From NCBI RefSeq assembly GCF_006345805.1, contig NC_043003.1:115196001-115260000 (forward strand): 64,000 nt of DNA, given 5' to 3'. The stretch is from Octopus sinensis. Taxonomy: Eukaryota. Within the stretch, counting starts at the first letter, position 1; each line of letters opens with the position of its first letter. Under the pieces are notes generated by a model that was not told the DNA's origin, did not search any database, and was given only the letters and a program-made list of their open reading frames with translations. Positions 13,330-28,314 of this stretch are shown here, one piece after another. Made by a program: the position numbers and the translations under genes.

Positions 13330-13833
13330 AGCAGTTATCTTTTCTATCTCTTCTAAATGTTCCGTGGTAGTTATTGGTGTTGTTTTCGTTGTTATATCTC
13401 CTGTCGATGTTATTGATGTAGTTGTTATCATTGTTTGTGTAATTGTGGTTGTTGTTGTTTGCGATTTTTCATCATACTCATGTTGGCATTTTAATTTTCT
13501 GCTCGGAAATTGCAAATATCATTTAAGTTGATAACACTTAATGCGCTCAAACATTTACTTCATCAACAATAACATCAACAACAACAACAATGACAGCAGC
13601 ATTACCAATAACGATACGTGTAATAAATAGGCAACAGAACAATACAAATAACTCAGAGCCGCTACAAACACAGACATTGGCAATCAGCACCAACCATTAC
13701 CAGCAACAGCAACAAGAGTAACAAAACTATGATAGCAATCTCATTAATATCTGAAGCGAGCGCAGCAATAACTTAAGTGAAAATAATAATAATAAGGACA
13801 ATAATAGTAAGAACAATAATAATAATGATGATG

Positions 13834-13890
<57 letters not shown>

Positions 13891-14055
13891 GTAATAATAA
13901 TATGAATAATAATAATGATGATAATAATAATAATAATAATAATAAGAAGAAGAACAACAACAACGACAATAATAATAATAATAATAAATAATAATAATAA
14001 TAATAATAATAGTAATAATAATAGTAATAATAATAAGAACAACAACAACAACAAC

Positions 14056-14105
<50 letters not shown>

Positions 14106-14301
14106 CAATAATAATGATAGTAATAATAATAACAATAGGAACAGCAATAATAATGAAAGTAACAACAACTGCTGGAAAAAGAACGACGGCAGAAATAATA
14201 AAGTAATATCTACAAAAATATTAAACGACATTTGCAAAATATCTATTTATCACACATATCATTCGTATCAATATTTAAAACAACAACAACTATACATACA
14301 G

Positions 14302-14332
<31 letters not shown>

Positions 14333-14880
14333 GAAAATAAGAACAATAATGTAAAAAGAAGTACAACAACAACTGAAAACCATTTAATATCCTTATCATT
14401 AATATCTACATCAACTACTACAGGAACAACAACAACAAGAACAACAAAACGAATACATGTTTGTGAGATTCATAATATCCATCAATGACAACAAGAATAA
14501 CAAAAACAAAAAGAAATAGGACAAATAAAAAAGAAAAAACAATGGCAGCGTAAACAACAACGAACGCTGGGGCAGCAACAATTATGATAACAAAAACAAG
14601 GTTCTTAGGAATGTTCTATACGACCATCGCCTACGCCAAACCATGGAACGGCATCATCATCAATATCTGATCATCAATGGTTATCATCACCATCATCAAC
14701 GGTATCTTCGTAAACATCGCCATCGTCGTCATCTTATTTCTATCATATTTGCCATAACTATCATCCCTCATCAATATCAGCATCATCACCATCATCATCA
14801 TCAGCAGCAGCAGCAGCGGGCAGTGTCATCATTATCCCTATCATATTCTTGCAAAATCCACCAATAATAATAATAATAAT

Positions 14881-14918
<38 letters not shown>

Positions 14919-14920
14919 TA

Positions 14921-14972
<52 letters not shown>

Positions 14973-15072
14973 GATAATAATAATGATAATAATAATATAA
15001 TAATAATAATAGTAATAATAACAATAATAATGATAATAATATAATAATAATATAATGATAATAATAATAATA

Positions 15073-15137
<65 letters not shown>

Positions 15138-15560
15138 TAATAATAATAATATCAAATCTGCTCATCGTCGTCATTTTCATCTACATCGGTATTACTATCA
15201 TCACTCTCTTCCTCGTCCTCTTGCTGCTCATCATCATCATCATCATCATCATTACCATCATCAAGTTCACCATCAATTGTCGGCGCTGCTATGATAATCC
15301 CCCTTCGAATAGAGTCGTAGACTTCATTATATTCGACCCCCCAACTGTTTCAGTTACATTTCAATTTTTTTTTAATGTAACAAAACAACAGCAACTATAA
15401 TGAAAAAAAATAATAAACCACGACATGGAACCACTCAATACCATTTGTCTACAATGGTAGTGACAGCCTAAACAACAACAACAACAACAGCAATAATAAT
15501 CAACTATTTAATTGTAAAAATAATTAATTTCAACAATGACAACCGAGTTAAGAAAAACAG
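13330..15560. repeat. ~2.2-kb compound trinucleotide field of (AAT)n, (CAA)n, (CAT)n and (CAG)n
   Basis: Direct reading; accounts for the poly-N/I/L/Q/H ORFs. Confidence 0.95.
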
Positions 15561-15999
15561 CAGCAATACAAACACAAATTAATAAACAGTATTATGATCA
15601 AGTATTATAAATATTTCATTCATATTACTGAAAGAATACGGGGTATCGCTTTTATTTATTTATTGTTTTTCATTGTTTTTTCTTGGGTGGGGGTGCTCTT
15701 TTATCGGCGAAATAATGTGACATACCGCAACTTTGGTTCGGTTTCGAAAGTATTACCCAAAATTCTTTTTTCCTCGCCAGGCAATTCTCAGGATGAAAAG
15801 CCTTTCAGTCTAAGTATATTATAAAAATTTATATTGCTTATATTTGTTTACGAACACACACACACACACACTCACGCATGCACACACACACACACATACA
15901 CACACATATATATATATATAGTTTATCCCTCCAAAAAGCGAAGAAAGAACACAAGAAAAAACAACAACGTCCCTCGCAACCTACTGCACCAACAACAGT

Positions 16000-16232
16000 G
16001 GAGGCACATGGCCTAGTGCTTAGAGCACCGGACTCACGGTCGAGGGATCGCGGGTTCGAATCTCAGACCGGGCGATGTGTGTGTTTATGCGGGAAACACC
16101 TAAACTCCACGCAGCTCCGGCAGAAGGTAATAGCGAACTTCTGCTGACTCTTTCGCCAGAACTTTCTCTCACTCTTTCCTCCTTCATCTTGCAGCTCACC
16201 TGCGACGGACTGGCTTCCCGTCCAGGTGAGGA
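16000..16232 (+). mobile_element. SINE family R (tRNA-Arg-like head, OR-type), 3' truncated
   Basis: GGAGGCACATGGCCTAG A-box and GGTTCGAATCTC B-box; body matches 35122-35428. Confidence 0.85.
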
Positions 16233-16339
16233 ATCTATTCTACAAATAAGATTCAATTCGGTGGGTGCCACTGCTACGTCTTTCATCATGTTGTATTCTC
16301 AATATATTTCCTTCATGCATTATTTTAATAATCACAATA

Positions 16340-16555
16340 TTGGCTTCAAAGTTTGGCACAATGCCAGCATGTTCGTGGGAGGGTACAAAACGATTTCATC
16401 GACCACGGAACTCAACTTCTAATTATTTTATAGAAACCGAAAAGACGAATGATAAAGTCAACCACGGCGTAATTTGAATTCAAAACCTTAAGACGGACGA
16501 AATACTAGTGGCCATTCCCTCTGGCACGTAAATACGTCTGCATTACACCGCCTTA
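16340..16555 (-). mobile_element. Degenerate SINE family M
   Basis: Reverse complement resembles 9529-9740 (AAAGTCAACCACGGCGTAATTTGAATTC, CACCGCCTT). Confidence 0.6.
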
Positions 16556-16823
16556 TTGATAGTCACAATATCAACACGAAATTAAATGCTATTTATATAT
16601 TCACTTGTGAATGGTTTTCATAGATGTGTTCGAGCTTATTGAGGCTCGGCTATTTTCTTTTACAGAGTTTCTCAAAAAGTGTAGTGCAATGTAATATCTG
16701 CACTCAACGGGCGTTTAAAACATTATCATATTTAATATAAATATATAATATTAATGCTGCAAAGTCTTGGGAATTATGTTATTTATCATCTTACGTAAAA
16801 ACCAAGCAAAATGTTTTTCTATA

Positions 16824-17237
16824 TACTCTTTACTCTTTTACTTGTTTCAGTCATTTCACAGCGGCCATGCTGGAGCACCGCCTTTTAGTCGTACAAATCA
16901 ACCCCGGGACTTATTCTTTCTAAGCCCAGTACTTATTCTATCGGTCTCTTTTGCCGAACCGCTAGGTGACGGGGACGTAAACACACCAGCATCGGTTGTC
17001 AAGCAATGCTAGGGGGACAGACACAGACAAACAAACACACACACACGCACATATATATATATATATACATATATACGACAGGCTTCTTTCAGTTTCCGTC
17101 TACCAAATCCACTCACAAGGCATTGGTCGGCCCGGGGCTATAGCAGAAGACACTTGCCCAAGTTGCCAATCAATTAGACTGAACCCGGAACCAAGTGGTT
17201 GGTTAGCAAGCTACTTACCACACAGCCACTCCTGCGA
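16824..17237 (-). mobile_element. Full-length SINE family C (tRNA head, CORE-like CTTGGGCAAGTGTC, internal microsatellite, LINE-like tail)
   Basis: Near-identical to 43684-44092; (AGAGTAAA)n tail. Confidence 0.9.
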
Positions 17238-19156
17238 CTCTTGTCAATATAGTTCATATTTTAAAAAATTTAAACAGGCTTTTCAACTTTCCATGGAAAG
17301 TGCATTAGTATTCTATGCGTTGATCTCCAGCACTCGTCAAAATATAGAAACTATTTAGAAATCATTTTGTTTCAATCAATACAGTTTTAGATGTACACAC
17401 TTCATTTCAAAAGATTTAACAACGCGTGTGTCTTTGAAAAATATAAAAAGCACACCGTGAAATGCATTAATTGGCTCGATCACTGCACCTGAGCAAATCT
17501 GCAATTGATATCCACTCGAACTTTGTGGAATGTGAAATCCTATTGGCCTCACGCATAGAATTAGAATCGTATACACTATCAAATGAAAACAACTTAATTT
17601 ACAGTAAATCAAATACACGTCGGTTACCCTCATGAATTACACGAACGATTACCATAGAACAATTGAGAACTATTGTCGCAGGACATTCACAAACATCTGT
17701 CAAATCACAACTATTCACATTGAATATTGGACCCGTATAAAACTGGGACAACGGTATCTGCTGGCCGTTTGTAGAAGGTTACTTGTGATACCTCCTGTGT
17801 AAGTGTCCGAATTCCTTTCTTTTTCAGGGTAGTCTGCCCGCGTGTCCAAGGTGATCTGCTTTCTGTGAGTGTCCAATATGGTCGGCCTGATTGCCCGATG
17901 CGTCACAGAAAATGGCTGAGGCCGTCAGGCTGAGTTAGGTGCCAAACAGATTTTATAGGGAGAAAAGGGCGATTTTTAAGCCATCAATGCGTCACATCAC
18001 GTCACGGCTTCACAGTAATTAGGCGATCGTGGGCTTACGATTGTGGTTGAAATCCGTTCGTTATCTAGACACGTCTATGCTCTAAGCTTCCCATCCGTGT
18101 TGCGTTCCGAAAACGTTATACTCTCTGTGTGTCTGTTAACCTGCATAAAATATATTTCAATTAATTTTGCACGTTTCAAGCACACTAGTTTCGCTTTAGA
18201 ATATTTGAGGCTTCACAGAAAATTTTAAGATGACGTGGTGAAATTTTAGTAAACAAATTTGATGCATGTAATGACTACGGTGTAAGATCATTTTAATCTG
18301 CTGTCCATTCTTACACTATTGCTTTAAAATCAAATACATTCAGTTTCGCTTGCTTCATTTTCATTCAGATCTACAGCTACAATTTTTTTCTTATCAAATT
18401 CATTCTACAGCTATGCCTCTAATTTGAATTGAGACACTAGAACACATATAATTAATTCTAATTTTGTTTAATTATGAGAAAAGGGCTTGTTGTTTACATC
18501 AGTAGCATTACCAGAGTGATTCTTTATTTTAACGAACCCGAAACGATGAATAGCAAAGCTACAAATTCAGCTATTTGAAATTTGAAAGTGAATCGCCGGA
18601 AGAATTTATCTAAACCTTTTCTCCTTCGATCGAACGATTCTGACGGTTCACACTCATAAGAACTCATGGTTTACAGTATTTCAAATTTATCTATTAAAAC
18701 CAAATTTATGAAAAACTGACATCGTTTTATAAATTTGTCGGCGAAAGAGTTTGCTTAATTAACAAAACCGAGAGAACTGAAATCTTAGATCTCGCTCTCA
18801 TCGACTTTCCATTGTCCCATGTAAAAGAGAAAGCAAGTATTGAGTGGGAAGCACAGCGATCTTTGCCCTAAAATAAACTTATTGAAAATAGATGAATTGG
18901 GGATGATGGCTTATGTATATAGATATATTACTCTCGTAAGATGGAAGTAACCGATAGGAGAGGAGTGTCTCTCAAAGTATCCTCGGGGGTTGATGTTTCC
19001 CATATGGATATGGGATATCCTGGTTACTCCTGAATGGTACTCTTCCCCATTTAGAAACCTTCTTATACTGTTATCGTTTGCAATGTTTACACGTGTTTAG
19101 TTGTCTTCTTATTATCTGTATTGGCCATTTCGCCAATCAAGTATTATTATTATTAT

Positions 19157-21139
19157 GTTTTTTCCTTCTTTCTTCAAATGTTCTTCCGTTTCTCGCCCAG
19201 TGTTTTCCATACACCTAGGGCAGAGGAGCTCATTGCATGCATTCCCAGATTACATGCGCAAATTCACCGATAAAATATGTATTTAAAAATTAATAAATAA
19301 ATTAATTCATGGATGGATGTTGTTTTCACAGTGATAATGCTCTTCTCAATACATGAACCTTTCCAGTTGACACGATTTTTTGCTCTTCCTGTAGGGATGG
19401 TAAGCCTGGAATCATTTTCAAATAAGTTTCAGTATCTTTTTTTTATCATTTCTAGAAATCCTACAATTACTGGTACTGTAGTCGTCTTGAGATGTCACAT
19501 TTTTTCAATTTCTATTAGCAAGTCTTTATATTTACTAATCTTGTCAAATTCTTTCGCCGCTATATTATGATCGCAAGGAATACTCATGTCAATAAATAAA
19601 TATACCTTTTTTGTCTGATCTTTTATAATAATATCCGATTTATTAGTTTTTATAGTTTTGTCGGTATGTACGGGGAAGTCCCATAGAATCGACTCATTTT
19701 CTCCCTCAGTCACAGCTTCAGGATGATATTTATACCATTTGTCAGCGGTTTCATTTTATAATGCCGACATATTGTCCAGGGTAAATACTGGCCGACTCTG
19801 TCATGTCTTGGTGCTAAGACTCAACACCCTGAGATTAGGTGGTCTATTGTTTCAATCTCATCGTTACAGAATCGGCATTTTGGGTCAGCTCTATTTTTTA
19901 TCACATTGGCTTGGTAGTTCTCGGTTAATAAGCTTCGGTCTTGAGCAGCTAATATGAAACCTTCACTCTCTGCTTTTAGCCCTGAGCTTCGTAACCATTG
20001 GTGCGTGTGTTTCTGGTCGACATCAGCTTGTTTGCTACGGGCTACATACTTCCCGTGGAGATGTTTCTGTTTCCATCTGCTAGCTAATATTTCATGTGCT
20101 TTTGTTTTTGCAATTAATTTTATTTTCTTTGCAGCAGCAGTTGACGCATTTCCTTCAGCCTGATCAATCTGGTGAGTATCTAAGAGATCAGTAGCGAATT
20201 GTTTGCTCTCTTTGAGAATAGAGTGAAGTTTTTTTCGGTCTTTCATGTTTTTCAAGAAATTTTAGCATCCAATCGTTGGTTGCTTCAAGGTATTTGGCCA
20301 GTCCGATTGTGGTTGTTTTGTATGTAAGTTCAAGCTGGATCAAACCTCGACCTCCCTGAGCTCTGGGAAGGTAAAGACGATCCACGTCTGCCTTTGGAAT
20401 GTGCATCTTATTAGAAGTCATTAGCTTGCGGATTTTTCTGTCAATTTTCATTATTTCACTGGTATTCCAATTGAGCATATTGAAGCTATAAAGAACAACT
20501 GGTACTGCTAAGGAATTTATGGCTAACACCTTATTATATGCATTCAGCTCAGACTTCAGGACTGCTCGAATTCTTCTATAACATTCCTTCCTAAACTTCT
20601 CTTTCATGCTTGCATGTTGGATACCAGAGACTTCATTTATTCCTAGGTATTTATAGGTTTGTTCCTGCTCAAGTTCCTTTATTACTGTTTCGACATCTAA
20701 TTCAATTGAATTAGATTTCACCAATTTCCTTTTCTTAAAAGATGCTTTGGCACACTTTTCAAGGCCAAACTCCATCCCTTTATCATCACTGAATCCTTTC
20801 ACAGTATGTAATAATCCTTCAAGCTCTTCATCATCTTTGCCATATAGTTTTAAGTCATCCATATATAGTAGATGGCTTATTTTTCTGTTGTCAATTTTGT
20901 AGCCATATCCTGTTCTATTCAGTTCACTTGAGAGTAGTATTAGTGCTAAACAGAAAATTAGTGGTGAACATGAGTCACCTTGGCAAATGCCACAGTTTAT
21001 GCTAATATTGTTTGAGCGCAGTACTCCATTAGAATGATATAACTGGAGCTTCGTGTTCCATAGTGACATATTATTCTTTAAAAAATCTGAAATCACAGGA
21101 TAAATTTTGAAAATATCCAGCGATTTCAGAATCCACGAA
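19157..21139 (-). mobile_element. 5'-truncated R4/Dong-like non-LTR retrotransposon (RT, CCHC, RLE), decayed
   Basis: GICQGDSCSP, HLLYMDDLKLY, MEFGLEKC, YKYLG, CRFCNDEIETIDHLISGC, WDFPVHTD...KSDIII...IDMSIP...KISKYKDL; (TTA)n on both sides. Confidence 0.92.
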
Positions 21140-21167
21140 TTATTATTATTATCTTTATTATTATCAT

Positions 21168-21720
21168 TCTATGTTTGACTTTTGCTTTATATTTGTACAA
21201 GTTGGCTCCAAGTCTCACCCAGAGACCTCAAGAGACAACAGGGTTGGAAGTTCATGTTGTTGTTATGCCTAGTGTGCCATATATTTGGGGGGTGGGGATG
21301 TTGTACTAATGAATGTCTAAAAAAAAAGGTTTTTTTTTTTTTTTTTAAACCGAAAATTATGTTTGTTTTAAACCTTGAGATTACATAGAGAGTATTTTGC
21401 GTAGGATATGAGCAGTTCCCATGAGCACTATCTTTTGAACTTCTGCCATTTTTGGCTTTCCTGGTATCTGAGTTAGGTAGCTATCAGCCCCTTTTGCTAT
21501 CATTCCCAGGGCAACCTATGACAACAGGTATTGTTTTAGTCTTCAGCTTCCACATTTTGCTGATTTCTATTTCAAGATCTTTATATTTGCTCAGTTTTTG
21601 GTAGGTCTTGACAGATACGTTTATATCGATTGGGACAGTCATATCAATGAGGAGGCATGTTCTTTGTTTGAAGTCTTTCAATATGATGTCTGGCCTATTT
21701 GCATCTATCTTCCTGTTCTT
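21168..21720 (-). mobile_element. Second R4/Dong-like element, 3' fragment (RLE and 3' UTR)
   Basis: NRPDIILKD...LIDMTVP...KLSKYKDLEIEISKMW...PVVIG; bounded by (TTA)n at 21140-21167 and 21721-21800. Confidence 0.9.
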
Positions 21721-21724
21721 ATTA

Positions 21725-21788
<64 letters not shown>

Positions 21789-22880
21789 TATTACTATCAT
21801 TTTCAGTAAGGCGAATTGCTGAGAGTTTGGTAACCACGTCGCTGTGAATGTTTTGTGACATTTTTCACGATCTGTGTTTAAATCCGGCCGCGTTCATATT
21901 TACTTTTCATATATTTGAAGCAGAGAAATAACGACCAGTGAAATAGTGGAGTCGATGTAATCTGATCCCGCTAAAACTGCTAGTCTTGGGTCAAAGTTGG
22001 TACTGTTAATGTTAGTATTATCCTTATTAATTGACCGGCATAACTGAATGAGTGAGAATTGGCCGAAAAGACTGGTGTATTTCTTCGGTATTACACTAGT
22101 TTGTGTTATTTGTTATCAATTACCTCGAGCTCAGTAAAACGAACTACCTGTCCATTGAGGTGGTGCATTTACTCAGCTTCTTCAGCCAATCCATCAGTAT
22201 TGCTGGCCTTGTGCCTAAACGATAAGCGATTGAATGGAAGATCGGACGAAGCGTGAATGGAAGATCGGGGCATGCGTTATAACGCCGAGCAAGATGCTTT
22301 CCGTTATTTAATGCATTCACTTACGTTATGACTGATTGAAATAAACCAATATAAATAGCGTTCTAATAATTTTAAGGTCTCTGTATGAAGTTAACCCCAC
22401 TCATATGCCTTCTTTTGGAAACTCAAGAAGCAATGTATATTTTTACACCCCACCATCTTAAAACACGCAGGCATGATGGATATTAAAAATAGCAATTTAT
22501 GTTATTAAAACAAACGTCACCCAAACAAAAATTATTTTAATTTTAAGTTTAAAGAATTCATAGACAAAAACTCCTGTCAAAAACAAGGGAATTGCTTGTG
22601 CCATTCATTTAAATTTTAGGGTTTAATGTGCATAGAAATCCCTCTTACTATCAAATCTAAAAAAAAAAACAGTTTTCATACATACACTCACAAAATATGG
22701 GCACGTGCGCATGTATCTGCATGTATATGTAGATCTACATCTGTATTCGTATATGTATCTATTAATATGTTTCTCTATCTCTCTCACACGCCATATATAT
22801 ATATATATATATATAATATAATATATATATATACATATGTATATACATATATATTTACATATATATATATATTTACATAT

Positions 22881-22914
<34 letters not shown>

Positions 22915-22946
22915 CATATGTATATATATATATGTATGTATATATA

Positions 22947-22991
<45 letters not shown>

Positions 22992-23698
22992 TATACATAT
23001 ATACATATGTACATATATATATACACATATATATACATATATATATATGTATGTCTACGCTCATAAAATACAAAGTGTGTGTGGGGGGGGGCGTGCGTGT
23101 GTCTGCCCATGTGTCTTTAAAGGGAGCATTCTCCCTCACGATCTAAACTTATCTTCGACAACGATCTCAGCTGCCAGAACTAAAATTCGTTCCATGTTCA
23201 AAACAACGAAATACGCTTAATGTTTTGTCATTTCTGATAGATTAGCAATTAGATGTGAATTAGATTTCAATTTTTATAGTTTTAACTTTGGTAGCTATAT
23301 TACTTTTTCTGCGTATACACCAATTTTAGGCGTATCTTAACCTAATCTCCTTCGTTTTTATGGATATTTCATCCATCTATGACTGACGTTAAAAAATCAC
23401 TGGCCTCATTACATTATGTTGCACTGTTTGGTATTTCTCACATAAATTTTACTTATTTATGTTGCCCACTTTCTCTTTACCTGTGGTTATATATACATAT
23501 ATGCATATATACATACACACACACACACACATATATATATATACGCATATATATATACACATATATATATATGCACACAGACATAGAATATCGACAGAAA
23601 TACATACATTTGTAGATGGATATATATATAATATATATATACATATATATATATACATATAGATGTATACATATTTATATATATATATATATATGTTC

Positions 23699-23762
<64 letters not shown>

Positions 23763-23878
23763 ATATATATATAAATGTGAGCTTATGTAAGCCCTCCCAC
23801 TTTCCTGTCATGCAGACTACTAAATATCTGTTATGTTAAGTATATTTACGTATATATAGTTATAGAATATAAACATTG

Positions 23879-23926
<48 letters not shown>

Positions 23927-24125
23927 TGTATACGTATATATTAGTGTACATATGTATATGTGTGCATCGGTATATATGTGTGTATGTATTTATATTTATG
24001 TTTTATACATACATATATGTATGTACATATGTATATTGTGTGTGCGGGTATGTAATGAATGCACCTATATAGAGATGTATACATAAATTTAGCTATACTA
24101 CGTTAAAATTTACTTTGTTTTTTTG

Positions 24126-24202
<77 letters not shown>

Positions 24203-25190
24203 AGAGAGACAGGTTGAGATAATGAGAAAGAGAGATTGAAGATATAATGTTATTTTCCTGAACCCCTCAACATTTTTATCATCAATTTATCGGATTCTAA
24301 CACGGCTGGCATTTTAGTGAATCCCAATGTATTCTGCATTTGGTATATACTTATTCTTTTTTCTCTTCATTTCCTTTTACCCTTTTATCCGATGCCTTAA
24401 AATTTTTTTTAAGAACTATACTAACATTCAGTAAAGCTTCTCCACATTCTTCGTCGATTTCTCAATCTATTTGTCTGGGGACATTTATTTATTTTTATCG
24501 CGCCATATCTACAGTTTTGAGTGACAAGATGACACCACCTGAGATGCTATAATCCCTTTTTAACCCGTGGTTGGATAAGAGACAGCTGTGGTAATTGAAA
24601 TAAAATTCATTCATGTGGAATTGCTCAAAGCGGTAACTTCTATTTGTATATATGTTGGCGTATTTGAATATCTTCATGTATTGTATAATATGCATACTTC
24701 GCATTTAAATACTTTAAACTTTGTGATTTTAGTTATGCATTGCAGATTCATATCTTGTCCAGAGTGCACTTACGCGTTATAAACACTGCACGTGTAGCGA
24801 ACATAGTTTAAGTACACACATATCGATATGGATAAAGCAAAAGAAACTCACCGTCAGGCATATCTGCATGTGCAATCACACACATGCACACATTGCATAT
24901 ATTATATATATATATATATATATATGGATAGATAGATAAATATGTATGTATGTATACATATATATATATATATATATACATATATATGTATATATATATA
25001 TATATATGGATTGATAGATAAATAGATACATGAATAGATAGATAGATAGAGAACGAGAGAAGAGAGAAAGAGAGAGAGAGAAGGGGAAAGACGTAAATGC
25101 GGAAGGGTAGAGGGAGATGCAACAGCTAACATTTTTAATGATTACACTTCATGTACACACACATACATATTCATGTTCTCTGTCTGTCTG

Positions 25191-25227
<37 letters not shown>

Positions 25228-25252
25228 CCTCGTCACTAATATAATATATATT

Positions 25253-25318
<66 letters not shown>

Positions 25319-25499
25319 TGACTTGTCCACTGTAGAGGAGGCACCACATTTTCATGCACCATTCCATATTCATTTTCTACTTCTCTGGTGAATTCTCTTT
25401 AACAAAGAATGGTCTCGAACTTTCAACGCTACGTTTTTTCTATATTTTAGCTGTGTATTACGTGTATTTGTTTAACTTTTGAATTCTTTCGAAATGTAG

Positions 25500-25890
25500 G
25501 GAGGCGTGGCATTGCGCAAGGCTTAGCAGTTTGGTAAGGTGTTTGCTTTCGAAGCACATGATTCCGGATTCAGTCCCCCTGCGTGAAACCTAGCGTTATT
25601 GCGCCCTGCTATATTCTCGGGCTGTCAGGCTTCTTTCAGAAACTGAAAGAAGACTGTCGTAAAAGTGTGTGTGTGTGTGCGCGCGCGTGTGTGTGATTGT
25701 CCCCTACCACCGCTTAGCAACCCGTGTTAGTGCTTTTACATCCACGTAACTTACCGGTTCGAGAGAAGATCCCGATACAATGATTGCCAGGCTGAAACCA
25801 AATGATTACTGAGATAAATTAGTTTAACTACAAATCTTAAAGACGGTGCTATAGCATGGCCGTAGACTACTGCGTGAATCAAATAAAAAA
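25500..25890 (+). mobile_element. Old, degenerate SINE family C copy
   Basis: GGTAAG...CACATGATTCCGGATTCAGTCCC head, GAAACTGAAAGAAG, GACGGTGCTATAGCATGGCCG tail. Confidence 0.7.
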
Positions 25891-26142
25891 TTAAGATGTT
25901 CTCTTTTGTCTGCAATGCAAAAATTCATAACTCTATATTTTCTTCCTTTCTTTCGTTTTTTTTTCAGAAACAGTTACATACGTCTCTACAATGACTGCAT
26001 AATTTTGTTCTTTCTGTGTATATAACTTCATATCGCAGTTTGAATTGCTGTATGGAGACTGAAGTGTCGAGTTTAAATTTAACGAAAACGAGTATAATGG
26101 TCTATGCGAAGAGGAGAGTTCATTGCTCAGTGTTATTGAGTA

Positions 26143-26437
26143 CATTCTCGCCCACAACATCATAAGCGGAAAGTGTAACCTCTCGAAAGAGCTGTTCTTC
26201 ACTCCTGCTCCGGAGCGTCGGCTGCGGGGTCATTCCGAAAAGCTCTACCTGCGACGATTTCATCTCAATCGAAGGAGAGGAGCTTTCTCCGTCCGGGTTG
26301 CGGATCCGTGGAACAAGCCGCCAGACGAGATGGTGAAGATGCCGACGACCGCTTTGTTCAAAGCCTCCTGGCTAACACTCTTTACATGAACACCCCCTAC
26401 TAACTCCATGGCCTTGCTATTTGCTTTTGAGCCAAAT

Positions 26438-26489
<52 letters not shown>
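26143..26489 (+). mobile_element. CR1-like LINE 3' fragment with (TAAC)n tail
   Basis: RLRGHSEKL....F...RRGAFSVRVADPWNK C-terminal CR1 motif; same family as 47367-48155. Confidence 0.9.
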
Positions 26490-27067
26490 ATAAAAGCCGA
26501 TAGGACCGCTTTGTAAGGCACACAAAGCGGCGCCTGAGATATTCGTGCGTGGATTTAAGGATGATCACATTCCCTACCTAAGTGAGAATGAACAAAACAT
26601 GAGAACAAAATTAATCACCAATCAATAACTTATTCATTTGTTTTCGTAATTTTCTAATTTGGGCCATTGCTGATAAAAGAAGACCATTAAACCCCGCTTA
26701 ATGCCGGAAATTTTCAGCTATTGATGTTCTTCATTTTGGCTTCGTTCCACGTTGACCAGTCTTCTGTCCTAATAAATTTCAAGTCACCGCATTAGTCTCC
26801 ATTTTACATCAATTTATGATTAAGTTTGCACATTTCTTTTAGTATTTTGAAAATGCTTCTTGGGTTTCATTTTGTCTTAAAATTTTCCGTGATCTCTAGA
26901 TGGGTTCCAGTTCGGCATCTGTATTATACACACACACACACATACGCATACATACATATACTCACACACATACACATGCACACATACGCACAGTAACACA
27001 CATATACACACACACGCACAGCCGTTAATACATACATAAATTGATACATACATAATTATATATATAT

Positions 27068-27377
27068 ATCACCGTGATCACCGTGACCGACCAGGCTATC
27101 AGATGTTGCTACACATCGCTAGTCACAATGCGCTTCGCATTGTTTTAGCCTTCAAATGATGCCACCCCGCTGGCTAAGCGAGCAGGCCAACAGAAGAAAG
27201 AGTGAGAGAAAGTTGTAGCGAAAGAGTACTGCAGGGATCGCCACAATCCCCTGCCGGAGCCTCGTGGAGCTTTAGATGTTTTCACTCAATAAACACTCAC
27301 AACGCCCGGTCTGGGAATCGAAACCGCGATCCTACAACAGCGAGTCCGCTGCCCTAACCACTGGGCCATTGCGCCTC
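27068..27377 (-). mobile_element. SINE family R with an alternative tail ending in (CACGGTGAT)2
   Basis: Minus strand GAGGCGCAATGGCCCAGTGGTTAGGGCAGCGGACTCG...GGTTTCGATTCCC. Confidence 0.88.
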
Positions 27378-27420
27378 ACACACACGCGCGCGCGCACACG
27401 CGCACACAAACACACACACA

Positions 27421-27487
<67 letters not shown>

Positions 27488-27742
27488 CGATTTTGTATTT
27501 GGCTTGCGAGATTCTTTATGGGAATTCAGGTGTTGAAGCATATTTTATTGTGTTTCGGGAGGGTCATTTTCTTTTAGCTACCTTGTTACTTAACACACCC
27601 ACCTTGTCGATTTCCACTCATTTACTTATTTTCTAGAAAAAAATAACTAAATTAGAAGAAATCGAGCTAGTGATTGTGATAAGTAATAAGGCTCCACAAG
27701 AGAATGACGATCCCTAGACACAATATATATATATATATATGT

Positions 27743-27798
<56 letters not shown>

Positions 27799-27922
27799 CA
27801 ACTGAGGAAAAGAAATCCTTCAAAGGGGCTGAAAAACATCCAGTTCATTGGTACTTCAGTAGGATACCATATAAATATGGGTATTATGCAATTATGAAGA
27901 TAAAAGATATAATTAAATCCAT

Positions 27923-28314
27923 TGTGGCTGTGTGGTATGTAGCTTGCTTACGAACTACATGATTCCGGGTTCAGTCCCATTGCGTGACACCTTGGACAAG
28001 TGTCTTCTATTATAGCCTCGGGCCGACAAAGCCCTGTGAGTGGATTGGGTACGCGGAAACTGAAAGAAGCCCGTCGTATACATGTATATATGTGTGTGTT
28101 TCTTTGAGTGTCTGTGCTTGTCCCCCCAACATCGCTTGACAACTGATGGTGGTGTGTTTACTTCCCCGTAACTTAGCGGTTCGGCAAAAGAGACCGATAG
28201 ATTAAGTACTGGGCTTACAAAGAATAAGTTCTGGAATCGATTTACTCGACTAAAGGCGGTGCTCCAGCATGGCCACAGTCAAATGACTGAAACAAGTTAA
28301 AGAGTAAAGAGTAA
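27923..28314 (+). mobile_element. SINE family C, near full length
   Basis: GTGGCTGTGTGGTA head ... GGCGGTGCTCCAGCATGGCCACAGTCAAATGACTGAAACAAG tail. Confidence 0.9.

Noticed and set aside
13241-15400. Poly-N/Q/H/T/L ORFs as low-complexity or mucin-like proteins
   Set aside because: They are translations of trinucleotide microsatellites, open in several frames on both strands
16000-16075. tRNA genes (also at 27300, 35125 and 58391)
   Set aside because: tRNA-like heads continue into shared SINE bodies, lack a proper acceptor stem, and one has a TSD
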